From: an uncultured Pseudomonadales bacterium
Lineage (GTDB): Bacteria > Patescibacteriota > Microgenomatia > UBA1400 > PJMF01
NCBI GenBank assembly: GCA_964633875.1
Contig: CAZWKL010000001.1
Coordinates: forward strand, 193,841 to 257,840
Direction: 5' to 3'
DNA: 64,000 bases
The position numbers and the translations under genes were made by a program. Shown here one piece after another: positions 19,852 through 29,863 of this stretch. The notes under the pieces were generated by a model. It had not been told where the DNA came from and did no database searches. It was given only the letters and a program-made list of their open reading frames with translations. Within the stretch, counting starts at the first letter, position 1; every line of letters starts with the position of its first letter.

Positions 19852-19928
19852 TTAACAGCCATTTTAAATTGAAAACCCTGCGCCAACCTTGCAAACAAGA
19901 ACCTACAAAATGTTACAATAAGCAAACA

Positions 19929-20879
19929 ATGACTATTCTTGTTACCGGCGCCGCTGGTTTTATCGGCTCACATACCTCTGAAGCGCTACTGAAGCAAGGC
20001 CATCAGGTGATTGGCCTTGACAATCTCAATGAGTATTACAATCCGGAATGGAAAAAAGAAAACCTGGTGCCGCTGCAAAAATACGACAGCTTTGTTTTCT
20101 ATCAACAAGACATCCGTGATGCTGCCGGAGTAGAGGAGTTGTTTGAGCTTCATCAAGTAGAAGCCATTGTCCACTTGGCTGCCAGGGCTGGCGTGAGAGC
20201 CTCCATAGAAAATCCGCTCATCTATGAAGAAACCAATGTCCGCGGCACACTCAATCTCCTCGAGATTGCCAGGCAAAAAAAGATCAAGCAGTTTGTTTTT
20301 GCTTCCTCGAGTTCGGTCTATGGTAACCAGAAAAAAGTGCCTTTCAGCGAAACCGATCCTTGTAATCAGCCTATTAGCCCTTATGCGGCCACTAAAAAAG
20401 CCACGGAAATGCTGGCTCACACCTACGCTCATCTTTACGATATCAACTGCATTGGTTTGCGGTTTTTTACCGTTTATGGCCCGGCAGGCAGACCAGATAT
20501 GGCGCCCTATCTTTTTACCGAGGCGATTTTGACAGGCCAACCGATTAAAAAATTTGGCGACGGCAATACCAGGAGGGATTACACTTATATCGATGACATT
20601 GTGGTGGGTGTGACAGCGGCCGTCAGCCTGAAAAGAAAGTTTGAAATTATTAATTTGGGCAATAATACTCCCGTTAGCCTCAATGAGTTTATTGAAACTT
20701 TGGAAAATATCACCGGCAAAAAGATGCTGATTGAGCAAAAAGAGCTGCAACCAGGCGATGTTGAGCAAACTTATGCTGATATTAGCAAGGCTCAGGAGTT
20801 GCTTGGTTTTCAGCCCAGGACGCCGTTTAGAGATGGGCTGGTAAAATTTGTCCAGTGGTATCAAGAAAATCGGCTTTAA
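19929..20879 (+). CDS. NAD-dependent epimerase, UDP-glucuronate 4-epimerase-like
   Basis: GAAGFIG, HLAARAGVRAS, ASSSSVYG, YAATKK, LRFFTVYGPAGRPDMA, QPGDV; start at MTILVTG. Confidence 0.88.
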   Translation: MTILVTGAAGFIGSHTSEALLKQGHQVIGLDNLNEYYNPEWKKENLVPLQKYDSFVFYQQDIRDAAGVEELFELHQVEAIVHLAARAGVRASIENPLIYEETNVRGTLNLLEIARQKKIKQFVFASSSSVYGNQKKVPFSETDPCNQPISPYAATKKATEMLAHTYAHLYDINCIGLRFFTVYGPAGRPDMAPYLFTEAILTGQPIKKFGDGNTRRDYTYIDDIVVGVTAAVSLKRKFEIINLGNNTPVSLNEFIETLENITGKKMLIEQKELQPGDVEQTYADISKAQELLGFQPRTPFRDGLVKFVQWYQENRL

Positions 20880-20895
20880 ATATTCATACATTCCC

Positions 20896-20924
20896 TTGCC
20901 ATAACCTCGATATAAGGGTACGAT
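20896..20924 (+). promoter_or_regulatory. Sigma70-type promoter, TTGCCA-N17-TACGAT, 6 nt before the ATG (leaderless)
   Basis: TTGCCA 20896-20901, 17-nt spacer, TACGAT 20919-20924, ATG 20931. Confidence 0.6.
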
Positions 20925-20930
20925 ATCTCC

Positions 20931-21842
20931 ATGCACATTTCCTTTGTAATTCCCGTAGTTAATGAGAGAGAAAATGTAGCACAGCTGCATGCAGAAATAG
21001 TGGCTGCAGCCAAGAAAATAGGAAAAACTTATGAAATTATTTTTGTTGATGATGGCTCTACTGATGGTACTCAAAAAGAAATTCAAAAGCTAAAGCCGGT
21101 GCGATTGCTTGAAATGCGCCGCAACTTTGGCCAAACAGCGGCGCTCGATGCCGGCATTAAGGCTGCTCAGGGTGAGTTTTTAGTCACTTTGGATGGCGAT
21201 TTGCAAAATGATCCGGCTGATGTGCCGGCAATGCTCAAAATGCTTCAAGATGAGCAGTTGGACGTGGTTTGTGGCTGGCGATTCCAGCGCCATGACAGTT
21301 TCACCAAGCGGTTTATTTCTGCCGGGGCGAGAAAGTTCAGAGGGATTTTGGTGGAGGACGGTATTCATGATTCCGGCTGTACTCTGCGGGTGTATAAGAA
21401 AGAGGCTTTTGATGATTTGGATTTGCGCGGCGAGATGCACCGTTTTATTCCGGCCATCTTGAAGTGGCGAGGGTTTAAAATTGGGGAGATGAAGGTCAAT
21501 CACCGGCCCAGAATCCACGGACGCACCAAGTACGACATGAAGAGAACAGTTAAGGGCTTTTTGGATATGCTCAGCCTGTGGTTTTTTAGGAAGTATGCTA
21601 ATCGGCCGCTGCATTTTTTGGGGGCAGTTGGGTTGGGGTGCTTTGCTTTGGGAGTAGCCCTTGGGGGCTACTTGGCTGTAGGCAGGTTGCTCGGGTGGTT
21701 TGGCTTGTCTCAAAGCATCTGGCCACTGACAGCGGTATTTTTGGTGCTGTTTGGCATGCAGATGTTTGTGAGCGGGTTGATTATGGATTTGGTGATGACT
21801 AGTAGTAGAGCGAAGAATTATTTTACGAAAAAGAACTCTTAA
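20931..21842 (+). CDS. Polyprenyl-phosphate glycosyltransferase (GT2, DPM1/ArnC/GtrB-like)
   Basis: VIPVVNE, VDDGSTD, RNFGQTAA, LDGDLQNDP, DSGC, HRFIP, two C-terminal TM. Confidence 0.92.
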   Translation: MHISFVIPVVNERENVAQLHAEIVAAAKKIGKTYEIIFVDDGSTDGTQKEIQKLKPVRLLEMRRNFGQTAALDAGIKAAQGEFLVTLDGDLQNDPADVPAMLKMLQDEQLDVVCGWRFQRHDSFTKRFISAGARKFRGILVEDGIHDSGCTLRVYKKEAFDDLDLRGEMHRFIPAILKWRGFKIGEMKVNHRPRIHGRTKYDMKRTVKGFLDMLSLWFFRKYANRPLHFLGAVGLGCFALGVALGGYLAVGRLLGWFGLSQSIWPLTAVFLVLFGMQMFVSGLIMDLVMTSSRAKNYFTKKNS

Positions 21843-21855
21843 TAGAAGATCCCGC

Positions 21856-23613
21856 ATGCTTCAGATTATTCGAAAACTCAGCGATATTCTTCCCAGACGA
21901 GATAAGATCAGGATAGTGATTCTTTTTTTTATGATGCTTGGCGCTGGCATTCTTCAGTTGGTGGGCCTCGGAATGATTCTGGCTTTTATCTCCATTCTTG
22001 CTGATGCAGAAACTATTCTTAACCATGAACAGCTTGGCACCCTTTGGCAACTCCTCAACATTCAAGATTTTTATGGTTTACTTATTTGGGGATCGGCGGT
22101 TTTAGCTCTCATTTTTCTGATCAAAAGTCTTTACCTCATTTTTTACAACTACATACTGTCTAGATTTGCTCATAATAAGTTTCGCAATATTGCTACTGAA
22201 TTATTTGCCAGTTATATGTTTTTGCCATACAGCTTTCACTTGCAAAACAACTCAGCCACCTTGATTCGCAACGTGACTGTTGAAACCAACATGTTGCTTA
22301 AGTTTCTGCTTATCCCCATGCTCTCGATTCTGATGGAATCAGTGATGATTATCACTGTGCTGATTTTTCTGTTCATTGTTGAGCCAACGGTAACAATCAT
22401 GGCAGCTCTCTCGATTGGCCTAGCGGGCTTTTTGCTGATAAAACTGCTGAAAAAATATGAACAAGCCTATGGCAGAAAGGCTCAAAAAAGTCGAGGCGAG
22501 GTGATTCAGTACGTCAACGAAGGCTTGGGTGGTATTAAGGAAATTAAAGTACTTAATCGGCAGCAATACTTCATTAACAAACTTAGGTCCGCGATGGAAG
22601 TGCTTAAACAAGCCGAGACTTACAACGAAACTTCCAAAGAAAGCTTTCGGCCGGCAATAGAGTTGATTGCGGTGGGTGGGATGGTGACAATGGCGCTGAT
22701 TATGGCCATACAAGGCAGAGGAGCGGAAGATATTATTCCTGTGTTGACGCTATTTGGTGTGGGCGCTTTTCAATTGCTGCCTTCTTTTGCCAAAATCACC
22801 AACCAATACAGCAAGCTGGATTATCATAGTCACACCATCATCCCCATTCATGAGGATTTGATGAAAGTATCAAGGAAAGTTAGAACAAATTTAAAGAAGG
22901 CCAGTTTCGAAACCCTGCCTCTCAATCAAGCAATTAAGTTAGATAAGGTTGGTTTTGCTTACTCTGATGATAGTAAGCCTGTTCTTAAAAATATTTCACT
23001 AAGTATTCCTAAGGGGGCGGCTGTTGGGATAGTGGGTAAATCTGGTGCGGGTAAGACCACTCTGGTGGATCTGATTTTGGGATTATTTGAGCCGACAAAT
23101 GGGGAAATTTTGGTAGATGGAAAAGATATCAAAGAAAACCTGATTGCTTGGCAGAGCAATGTCGGCTATATTCCGCAAATTATCTATTTGGCCGATGATA
23201 CAGTACGCAAAAATATTGCCTTTGGCTTGAACGATGAGGAAATTGATGAAGAGAAACTAATAAAAGCAGCGGAAATGGCTCAGCTAATCGAGGTAATCGA
23301 TGAGTTACCAAAGGGTTTTGAGACACTAATCGGAGAGAATGGACTGAGGCTGAGTGGTGGCCAGAGGCAGAGAATAGGCATTGCTAGGGCTTTGTATCAC
23401 GACCCAGATGTACTGGTGATGGATGAAGCCACATCTGCTCTGGACAATGAGACTGAGCAGTATATTATCAAATCTATTGAACGACTGAGGGGCGAGCGAA
23501 CAATTATTATTATTGCTCATAGGCTGACCACGGTGCAAAATTGCGATCAGCTCTATTTACTTGAAGACGGAAAGGTGTTAAATTCGGGTACATATAAGGA
23601 GTTGTATGGGTAA
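21856..23613 (+). CDS. ABC exporter (TMD+NBD), PglK/WlaB-like lipid-linked oligosaccharide flippase
   Basis: GKSGAGKT, LSGGQRQR, LVMDEATSALD, IAHRL; amphipathic segment between TM1 and TM2; glycan-locus context. Confidence 0.82.
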   Translation: MLQIIRKLSDILPRRDKIRIVILFFMMLGAGILQLVGLGMILAFISILADAETILNHEQLGTLWQLLNIQDFYGLLIWGSAVLALIFLIKSLYLIFYNYILSRFAHNKFRNIATELFASYMFLPYSFHLQNNSATLIRNVTVETNMLLKFLLIPMLSILMESVMIITVLIFLFIVEPTVTIMAALSIGLAGFLLIKLLKKYEQAYGRKAQKSRGEVIQYVNEGLGGIKEIKVLNRQQYFINKLRSAMEVLKQAETYNETSKESFRPAIELIAVGGMVTMALIMAIQGRGAEDIIPVLTLFGVGAFQLLPSFAKITNQYSKLDYHSHTIIPIHEDLMKVSRKVRTNLKKASFETLPLNQAIKLDKVGFAYSDDSKPVLKNISLSIPKGAAVGIVGKSGAGKTTLVDLILGLFEPTNGEILVDGKDIKENLIAWQSNVGYIPQIIYLADDTVRKNIAFGLNDEEIDEEKLIKAAEMAQLIEVIDELPKGFETLIGENGLRLSGGQRQRIGIARALYHDPDVLVMDEATSALDNETEQYIIKSIERLRGERTIIIIAHRLTTVQNCDQLYLLEDGKVLNSGTYKELYG

Positions 23614-24727
23614 AAAAATTCAAAAACCAATCTATGTCACTCAACCAGCTTTACCACCCCTTAAAGAATTTAATAACTACCTAAAAACAATCTGGAACAA
23701 CAAAATTCTCACTAACAACGGACCGTTTCATGAGCAGTTTGAAGAGGAGTTAGCCGAATATTTGGGTGTAAAATATATCTCTCTTTTCTCTAATGGCACT
23801 CTGGCACTGATCACAGCCCTTCAGGCGCTCAGAATAACCGGCGAAGTCATTACTACCCCCTTTAGTTTTGTAGCCACCACTCACTCACTTTGGTGGAATA
23901 ACATCCAACCAGTCTTTGCAGACATTGAGCCAGATACATTTAATCTGGATCCAGAAAAAGTAGAGGCGGCAATCACTCCAAAAACTACTGCGATCATGCC
24001 GGTGCATGTTTATGGCAATCCCTGCAATGTACAAGAGCTACAAAATATTGCCGATAAATATAACTTAAAAATCATTTATGATGCTGCTCATGCCTTTGGG
24101 GTAGAAGTTGATGGTGAATCAATACTTAACTTTGGCAATTTATCTGTACTCAGCTTTCATGCCACCAAAGTATTTAATACCTTTGAGGGTGGAGCTATCA
24201 TCTCCCCAGACAAGAAAACTAAGCAGCACATCGATGATCTTAAAAACTTTGGCTTTAGGGGAGAAACTACTGTAGTAGCACCAGGCATAAATGCCAAGAT
24301 GAATGAAATGCAGGCTGCTATGGGTATTTTGCAGCTAAAGTATGTTGATAAATATATTGCTGAGCGAAAAAAAATAGCTGATTTATATAGAGAAAAGCTG
24401 AGTGATGTTGAGGGAATTAGTTATTTAGAGGACATTGAAAGTGTAAAACACAATTATGCATATTTTCCAATTCTTATAGACAAAGAAAAATATGGGAAAA
24501 GTAGAGATGAGGTATACGAAAAGCTTAAAGAGCATGGAATACACGGGCGAAGATACTTTTATCCGCTTATAAGTCAATTTCCAACGTATAAAGGGTTGGA
24601 TTCTGCTGATGTTGATAACTTGCCTGTGGCCGAGAGGATTACTAATCAAGTTTTATGTTTACCGATTTATCCAAACTTAGAAAAAAGTACCATTCAGAAT
24701 GTAAGTAAACTAATAGGAGATCAATAA
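23606..24727 (+). CDS. vioA: DegT/DnrJ sugar aminotransferase, VioA-like (dTDP-4-amino-4,6-dideoxyglucose)
   Basis: IYVTQP.LP, LTNNGP, NGT.AL, YDAAHAFG, SFHATKVFNTFEGG, GINAKMNE, RRYFYP. Confidence 0.82.
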   Translation: MGKKIQKPIYVTQPALPPLKEFNNYLKTIWNNKILTNNGPFHEQFEEELAEYLGVKYISLFSNGTLALITALQALRITGEVITTPFSFVATTHSLWWNNIQPVFADIEPDTFNLDPEKVEAAITPKTTAIMPVHVYGNPCNVQELQNIADKYNLKIIYDAAHAFGVEVDGESILNFGNLSVLSFHATKVFNTFEGGAIISPDKKTKQHIDDLKNFGFRGETTVVAPGINAKMNEMQAAMGILQLKYVDKYIAERKKIADLYREKLSDVEGISYLEDIESVKHNYAYFPILIDKEKYGKSRDEVYEKLKEHGIHGRRYFYPLISQFPTYKGLDSADVDNLPVAERITNQVLCLPIYPNLEKSTIQNVSKLIGDQ

Positions 24728-25248
24728 TGAAAGGTGATAGGATTCACTTGAGAATAATTAATAAGTCAGATTTAGATCAGATGATCGCTTGGCTTAATAC
24801 AGATGAAATAAGCCAAGTAATGGGATATTTGCCGATTTTTACGATCGAAAACCAAACACAATGGTATGAAGAAATGATATCTACTGATAACACATATGTT
24901 TTTGCAATATGTATAAATGATAGTAACAAACACATAGGAAATGTTGGTTTGGGTAATATAGACTACATCAACAGAAATGCTATGCTAAATATATTTATAG
25001 CGGACAAAGAAATGCAGGGGAAGGGATATGGCACAGAAACTATACGTCTAATTTTAAAGTTTGCGTTTAACAGATTAAATCTTCATAGAATATATTTGCA
25101 AACTTCAGAAAGGTTTACGGCTGCGTTGAAAATGTATGAAAAAATTGGATTTATAAAAGAGGGCATTAAAAGAGAGCATTATTACAGAAACGGCGACTAT
25201 GAAGACAAACTTCTTTTTTCTATATTAAGAGATGAATTTATCCAATAA
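24727..25248 (+). CDS. GNAT N-acetyltransferase (RimJ/RimL-like)
   Basis: HIGNVGL, QGKGYGTE, NLHRIYL, YEKIGF..EG. Confidence 0.88.
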   Translation: MKGDRIHLRIINKSDLDQMIAWLNTDEISQVMGYLPIFTIENQTQWYEEMISTDNTYVFAICINDSNKHIGNVGLGNIDYINRNAMLNIFIADKEMQGKGYGTETIRLILKFAFNRLNLHRIYLQTSERFTAALKMYEKIGFIKEGIKREHYYRNGDYEDKLLFSILRDEFIQ

Positions 25249-25934
25249 TGAAAACAGATAATAAAACTCGCCAGTCTCAAATTAATCATTATAAAAAGCT
25301 TTTTGACAAATATAAAGGTACTCCAATGGCTGTAAGTTCTGAGTCAGAGGCTCATAAAAGTTTACGGTTTACTAAAATTTCACAAATTTTCCTTAACGAA
25401 AATAAAATTCAGGTGCATGATGTTGGCATGGGGCTCGGTGATTATTATGAATATTTGAAAAAAACTTTTCCTAATAAAATAATTGAATATTCTGGTTCTG
25501 AAATAGTAGAAGAATACTTTAGTGAAACTAAAACAAAATTTCCAGAATCAGAATTTTACTTAAGAGATATTGCTGAGAAACCAGGTGAAGAAAAATATGA
25601 TTACGTAATATTAAGTGGTGTTTTCCATCAAAGAAGAGATTCTACAATTGGGGAGTGGGAAAATTTTGCTCAAAACATCATTAGAAATTCTTTTAAAATG
25701 TGCAATAAAGGAATTGCTTTTAATTTTATTAGCCCGTTTGTTGATTTTTATCAAACCGAAGTATATTACTGCAATCTTCCAAAACTAATTAATTTTATTA
25801 ATGATGACTTAAGTAGGTTTTTTACACTAAATCACAACTACCCACTTTTTGAGTTTACAATGTTTGTTTATAAAGAAGAATATATTAAAAGCTTATACAA
25901 AGAAAAAGAATTCCAAAAATATTTTAAAATATGA
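25248..25934 (+). CDS. Class I SAM-dependent methyltransferase
   Basis: HDVGMGLGD motif I, YSGSE, YDYVILSGVF, GIAFNF. Confidence 0.8.
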   Translation: MKTDNKTRQSQINHYKKLFDKYKGTPMAVSSESEAHKSLRFTKISQIFLNENKIQVHDVGMGLGDYYEYLKKTFPNKIIEYSGSEIVEEYFSETKTKFPESEFYLRDIAEKPGEEKYDYVILSGVFHQRRDSTIGEWENFAQNIIRNSFKMCNKGIAFNFISPFVDFYQTEVYYCNLPKLINFINDDLSRFFTLNHNYPLFEFTMFVYKEEYIKSLYKEKEFQKYFKI

Positions 25935-26944
25935 ACATCCTACTCACATCTTCAGGCAGAAGAAGTTATATTGTTAAATACTTTCAAGAACTTCTTAAAG
26001 ACAAAGGAGTAGTACACGCTGCAAACTCAGAATGGTCACCAGCATTACAAGTAGCTGACAAGGCAGTAACTACGCCTCTAATATATGATTCTACATACAT
26101 AGATTTTCTTCTTGATTATTCACTTGAACACGATATCAACGCCATTATTTCATTGTTTGATATTGATTTACCAATACTCGCTCAATCAAAAAAACGATTT
26201 GAGAGACATGGAATCCAAGTTGTCGTCTCAGATTATAATGTTACACAAATTTGCAATGATAAATGGAAAGCCTTTGAGTTTTTTAAACAAAATAATATAA
26301 ATACTCCTAATACATATATTTCAATCTCCGAAGCTGTAAAGGATCTAAAAAATGAAAATATTTCATATCCCCTGATAATTAAACCAAGATGGGGAATGGG
26401 ATCAATTGGCATTTATACTGCAGAAAATAAAAATGAGTTAGAAATTTTATATAAAAAGGTCAAAAATGAAATCCTTAAAACTTACTTGAAATTTGAATCT
26501 AAAGAGGATCTAAACAATGCAGTATTAATTCAAGAAAAACTCGATGGGCAAGAGTATGGCTTGGATATAGTTAATGACCTCAATAAAAATTATGTGACTA
26601 CTTTTGTGAAGCGAAAATCAGCTATGCGGTCAGGTGAAACAGACCGAGCAGTTACAGAAGACAATCCATCATTAGAAAAATTTGGGGAGAAGATATCTCT
26701 AGCTTTGCAGCATATTGGTAATTTAGATACAGATTGCTTCGTTGTGGATAATAAGCCACTTATACTCGAAATGAACTGTAGGTTTGGCGGTGGATATCCG
26801 TTTTCTCACTTAGCAGGCGCAAATATTCCTCAAGCAATAATCCATTGGTTGAATGGTGAACAACCTCCCGAAGAAGTATTTAACTTGACTTATGGGGTTG
26901 AAGCCATAAAAGATATAAATATGATTTTGTTAGAAAAGCGGTAA
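25931..26944 (+). CDS. ATP-grasp protein (carbamoyl-phosphate-synthase-like, polysaccharide-locus type)
   Basis: NILLTSSGRR, ICNDKW, IIKPRWGMGSIG, IQEKLDGQEY, EMNCRFGGGYP. Confidence 0.88.
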   Translation: MNILLTSSGRRSYIVKYFQELLKDKGVVHAANSEWSPALQVADKAVTTPLIYDSTYIDFLLDYSLEHDINAIISLFDIDLPILAQSKKRFERHGIQVVVSDYNVTQICNDKWKAFEFFKQNNINTPNTYISISEAVKDLKNENISYPLIIKPRWGMGSIGIYTAENKNELEILYKKVKNEILKTYLKFESKEDLNNAVLIQEKLDGQEYGLDIVNDLNKNYVTTFVKRKSAMRSGETDRAVTEDNPSLEKFGEKISLALQHIGNLDTDCFVVDNKPLILEMNCRFGGGYPFSHLAGANIPQAIIHWLNGEQPPEEVFNLTYGVEAIKDINMILLEKR

Positions 26945-26947
26945 ATA

Positions 26948-28006
26948 ATGTTTAAATTAAGTCAAAAAGAAATAATGGAAAACTGGGGTGATAATACAGA
27001 GCCCTTGGTTAGTGTTGGCTGTATCACTTATAATCATGAAGACTATATTGAAGAAGCAATTCAAAGCTTCTTGATGCAAAAAACAAATTTTCCATTTGAA
27101 GTAATTATTCACGATGATGCATCTACAGATGATACGGCTAAGATAATAAAAAGATATGCAAAAAAGTATCCAAATATTATTAAGCCAATTTTTCAAATAG
27201 AAAATCAGTATTCACAAATTAATGGGCCTATTTATCCCAGATTTGTATATCCAAAATGTAATGGGGAATACATTGCACTTTGTGAAGGTGATGATTACTG
27301 GACTGATCCATTTAAACTTCAGAAACAAGTTGACATATTGGAAAAACACTCGGGATGTAGCTGGAGTTTTCATCCTGCTCAAATTGTCAATCACATTAAA
27401 CCTACTGGTAAAATTTGCAGGATTACCAATAATAATAAAGTTTTTGGAGAGCAGGATATATTTAAAATTAATAAAACTCGGTTTTCGCCTACAGCATCGA
27501 TTCTATTTCGAACCCGACATATTAAACAACTTCCAAATTGGGTACTTAACGCACCAGTTGGCGATTTACCCTTAAAGTTATATTTAACAACTAAAGGTAA
27601 AGCATATTATATAAATGAAGCAATGTCTGCTTATCGTATAAATGTTGCCGTTTCTTGGAATTCAGACTATAAAAGTAACCTCAATAAGCGAAAAAAGCTT
27701 CATCTTGGCTTAATAAAAATGCTACATTCATTTAATATTTACACTAAGTACAAATATTATGAACAAATCATAAACAAACAAATTGAATATTTATTTAAAA
27801 TCGTAAAATACTACCCATTAAAACTAAGATTAAAGTATTTATTCCTTATTATTAATAATACTAAAGTACTAAATATAGTAAAAATCAATACTATAATTCG
27901 AATACTAATATTAACATTATTACCACAAAGTAGTAAGTTGCTTATTAGAATAAAAGAAATAACCACTGCAATTACTCATGAATGGAGAAGTTATGCAAAC
28001 ACTTAG
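26948..28006 (+). CDS. GT2 glycosyltransferase
   Basis: PLVSV.CITYNHE, HDDASTD, CEGDDYW. Confidence 0.92.
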   Translation: MFKLSQKEIMENWGDNTEPLVSVGCITYNHEDYIEEAIQSFLMQKTNFPFEVIIHDDASTDDTAKIIKRYAKKYPNIIKPIFQIENQYSQINGPIYPRFVYPKCNGEYIALCEGDDYWTDPFKLQKQVDILEKHSGCSWSFHPAQIVNHIKPTGKICRITNNNKVFGEQDIFKINKTRFSPTASILFRTRHIKQLPNWVLNAPVGDLPLKLYLTTKGKAYYINEAMSAYRINVAVSWNSDYKSNLNKRKKLHLGLIKMLHSFNIYTKYKYYEQIINKQIEYLFKIVKYYPLKLRLKYLFLIINNTKVLNIVKINTIIRILILTLLPQSSKLLIRIKEITTAITHEWRSYANT

Positions 28007-28832
28007 ATTTATTATTAGAAGAAATTCACTATTAAGATATTTGATATTTGATATGTTTTTAAAATACCAAAAACAACTATTACAAAAGATAAATGCTACT
28101 GGAAATACTCATCAATGTTATATTTGTAAAAATACTTTTAATGGTTTTACAAAATATAGAGGAGGTACTAAAAACAAAAGTGAATTTTCTAGATTGATGC
28201 AAACAGTGGGTAGTAATATAGATCATTTTGGTTGCATGTATTGTGGATGCCATGACAGAGCTAGACACATATTTATGTATTTTGACAAATTAAATTTTTG
28301 GGAAGAAATGACTGATGCCAATATACTTCATTTTGCACCAGAAATTAATCTTCAAAATAAAATAGAATTATTAAATCCTAATAGGTATATTAAAGGAGAT
28401 CTTTATCCTTATAAGGATGATCAAATAAAGATTGATATTACTAATATTCCATTTGAAAATGACTATTTTGACCTAGTTATTTCAAATCATGTTCTAGAAC
28501 ATATTCCAAATTATATTAAAGCATTGAAAGAAGTCCATAGAGTGCTTAAGCCGGGTGGAATTGCAATATTACAAACTCCTTACTCCAATGTCCTGAAGTA
28601 TAATTTTGAACTTTCAACTATTAAGACCGATTATTTAAAACTTAAATATTATGGTCAAGAAGATCATGTTAGATATTTTAGTGGCAAGCAATTGTTCAAA
28701 AGTATTGAAAAAGTGGGATTTAAATCTCATATCAAGAAACATCAAGATTTATTTAACAAAGGATCTGCGCACAAGTTTGGGGTTAATATGAATGAAGATC
28801 TTTTAATGTTTGAAAAAGTAAATAATTTATGA
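27993..28832 (+). CDS. SAM-dependent methyltransferase with N-terminal CxxC/CxxC
   Basis: CYIC..CMYC, LHFAPE, DLVISNHVLEHI, RVLKPGG, GQEDHVR; start 27978 or 27993. Confidence 0.85.
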   Translation: MQTLRFIIRRNSLLRYLIFDMFLKYQKQLLQKINATGNTHQCYICKNTFNGFTKYRGGTKNKSEFSRLMQTVGSNIDHFGCMYCGCHDRARHIFMYFDKLNFWEEMTDANILHFAPEINLQNKIELLNPNRYIKGDLYPYKDDQIKIDITNIPFENDYFDLVISNHVLEHIPNYIKALKEVHRVLKPGGIAILQTPYSNVLKYNFELSTIKTDYLKLKYYGQEDHVRYFSGKQLFKSIEKVGFKSHIKKHQDLFNKGSAHKFGVNMNEDLLMFEKVNNL

Positions 28833-29848
28833 AAAATAAAGCTGCAATTATAATCGTAAATTGGAACGGCTTAAAGTTTTTGGATGATTGTTTAACTGCT
28901 GTATTTGATCAAATATATAAAAACTTTGATGTCTATTTTGTAGACAATGGATCTAAAGATAGTTCAGTAAAATTTGTAGAATCTAAGTTTCCTAAGGTTG
29001 AGATTATTAAACTAGACAAGAATTATGGATTTGCTGAAGCAAATAATATTGGTATTAGACAAGCATTGTATGATAAAGATATCAAGTACCTTGTTTTTTT
29101 AAATAATGATACAAAGGTTGAGCCAGGTTGGTTGGCATCACTTGTAAATACTGCTGAAATGTCAAAAAATATAGGAATGGTTTCAAGTAAAGCATTATTT
29201 CCTAACGGAACAATACAAAATGCGGGGCTTAGTTTTGAAAAGGGGCTTGTCTCAGGAAAAAATGGTGGTTTGTCCTTAGGATACGGACTTCCAAAAAACC
29301 ATCCTTCCTTTGCAAGTGATATTGAAATCTTTGCACCAGGTGGAGTAGCATGTTTGTACAAACGGGAGGTAATAGAGGAGGTGGGCTTATTTGATGAAGA
29401 CTTTTTTGCCTATGCAGAAGATTATGATCTAGGATTCAGGGCACGATTGATGGGTTGGAAATCTTATTTGTCTGCAAAAGCACAACTAGTTCATTATCAT
29501 TCTCAAACTGGTGGTGATAACTCTTTATTCAAACTTTTTCATACAACAAGAAACATAATCTTTGTAGCTTATAAGAATTTACCAATAAAATTTTTTCTAG
29601 ATTTTTTTCTAAATTATCTAAAAAAAAGATATCTAGGAATTAAATTCAATCATACTAAAACTATAAAGACTCTAAAAAATAATAACAATTTCAGCTATTT
29701 TAGATTCGTGAGTAAATTAATTATTTCAATGGTCTACTACCTTCCAAAAATGACTTTGAAAAGAAATAAAATTCAAAGAGGAAGAAGAATTAAAAAAAAT
29801 AACATACTCGAGTGGTATAGTAGATTTTCAAGAAATAATTATGAATGA
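28829..29848 (+). CDS. GT2 glycosyltransferase (rhamnosyltransferase-like)
   Basis: IVNWNG, VDNGSKD, NYGFAEANN, LNNDT, YAEDYDL. Confidence 0.92.
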   Translation: MKNKAAIIIVNWNGLKFLDDCLTAVFDQIYKNFDVYFVDNGSKDSSVKFVESKFPKVEIIKLDKNYGFAEANNIGIRQALYDKDIKYLVFLNNDTKVEPGWLASLVNTAEMSKNIGMVSSKALFPNGTIQNAGLSFEKGLVSGKNGGLSLGYGLPKNHPSFASDIEIFAPGGVACLYKREVIEEVGLFDEDFFAYAEDYDLGFRARLMGWKSYLSAKAQLVHYHSQTGGDNSLFKLFHTTRNIIFVAYKNLPIKFFLDFFLNYLKKRYLGIKFNHTKTIKTLKNNNNFSYFRFVSKLIISMVYYLPKMTLKRNKIQRGRRIKKNNILEWYSRFSRNNYE

Positions 29849-29863
29849 AAATTTGACGAATAA

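Noticed and set aside
19986-21086. 366-aa antisense ORF
   Set aside because: Lies opposite the well-supported epimerase and GT2 genes and has no recognisable motifs; a typical antisense shadow frame
21180-21857. 225-aa antisense ORF
   Set aside because: Shadow of the DPM1-like GT2 with no domain features
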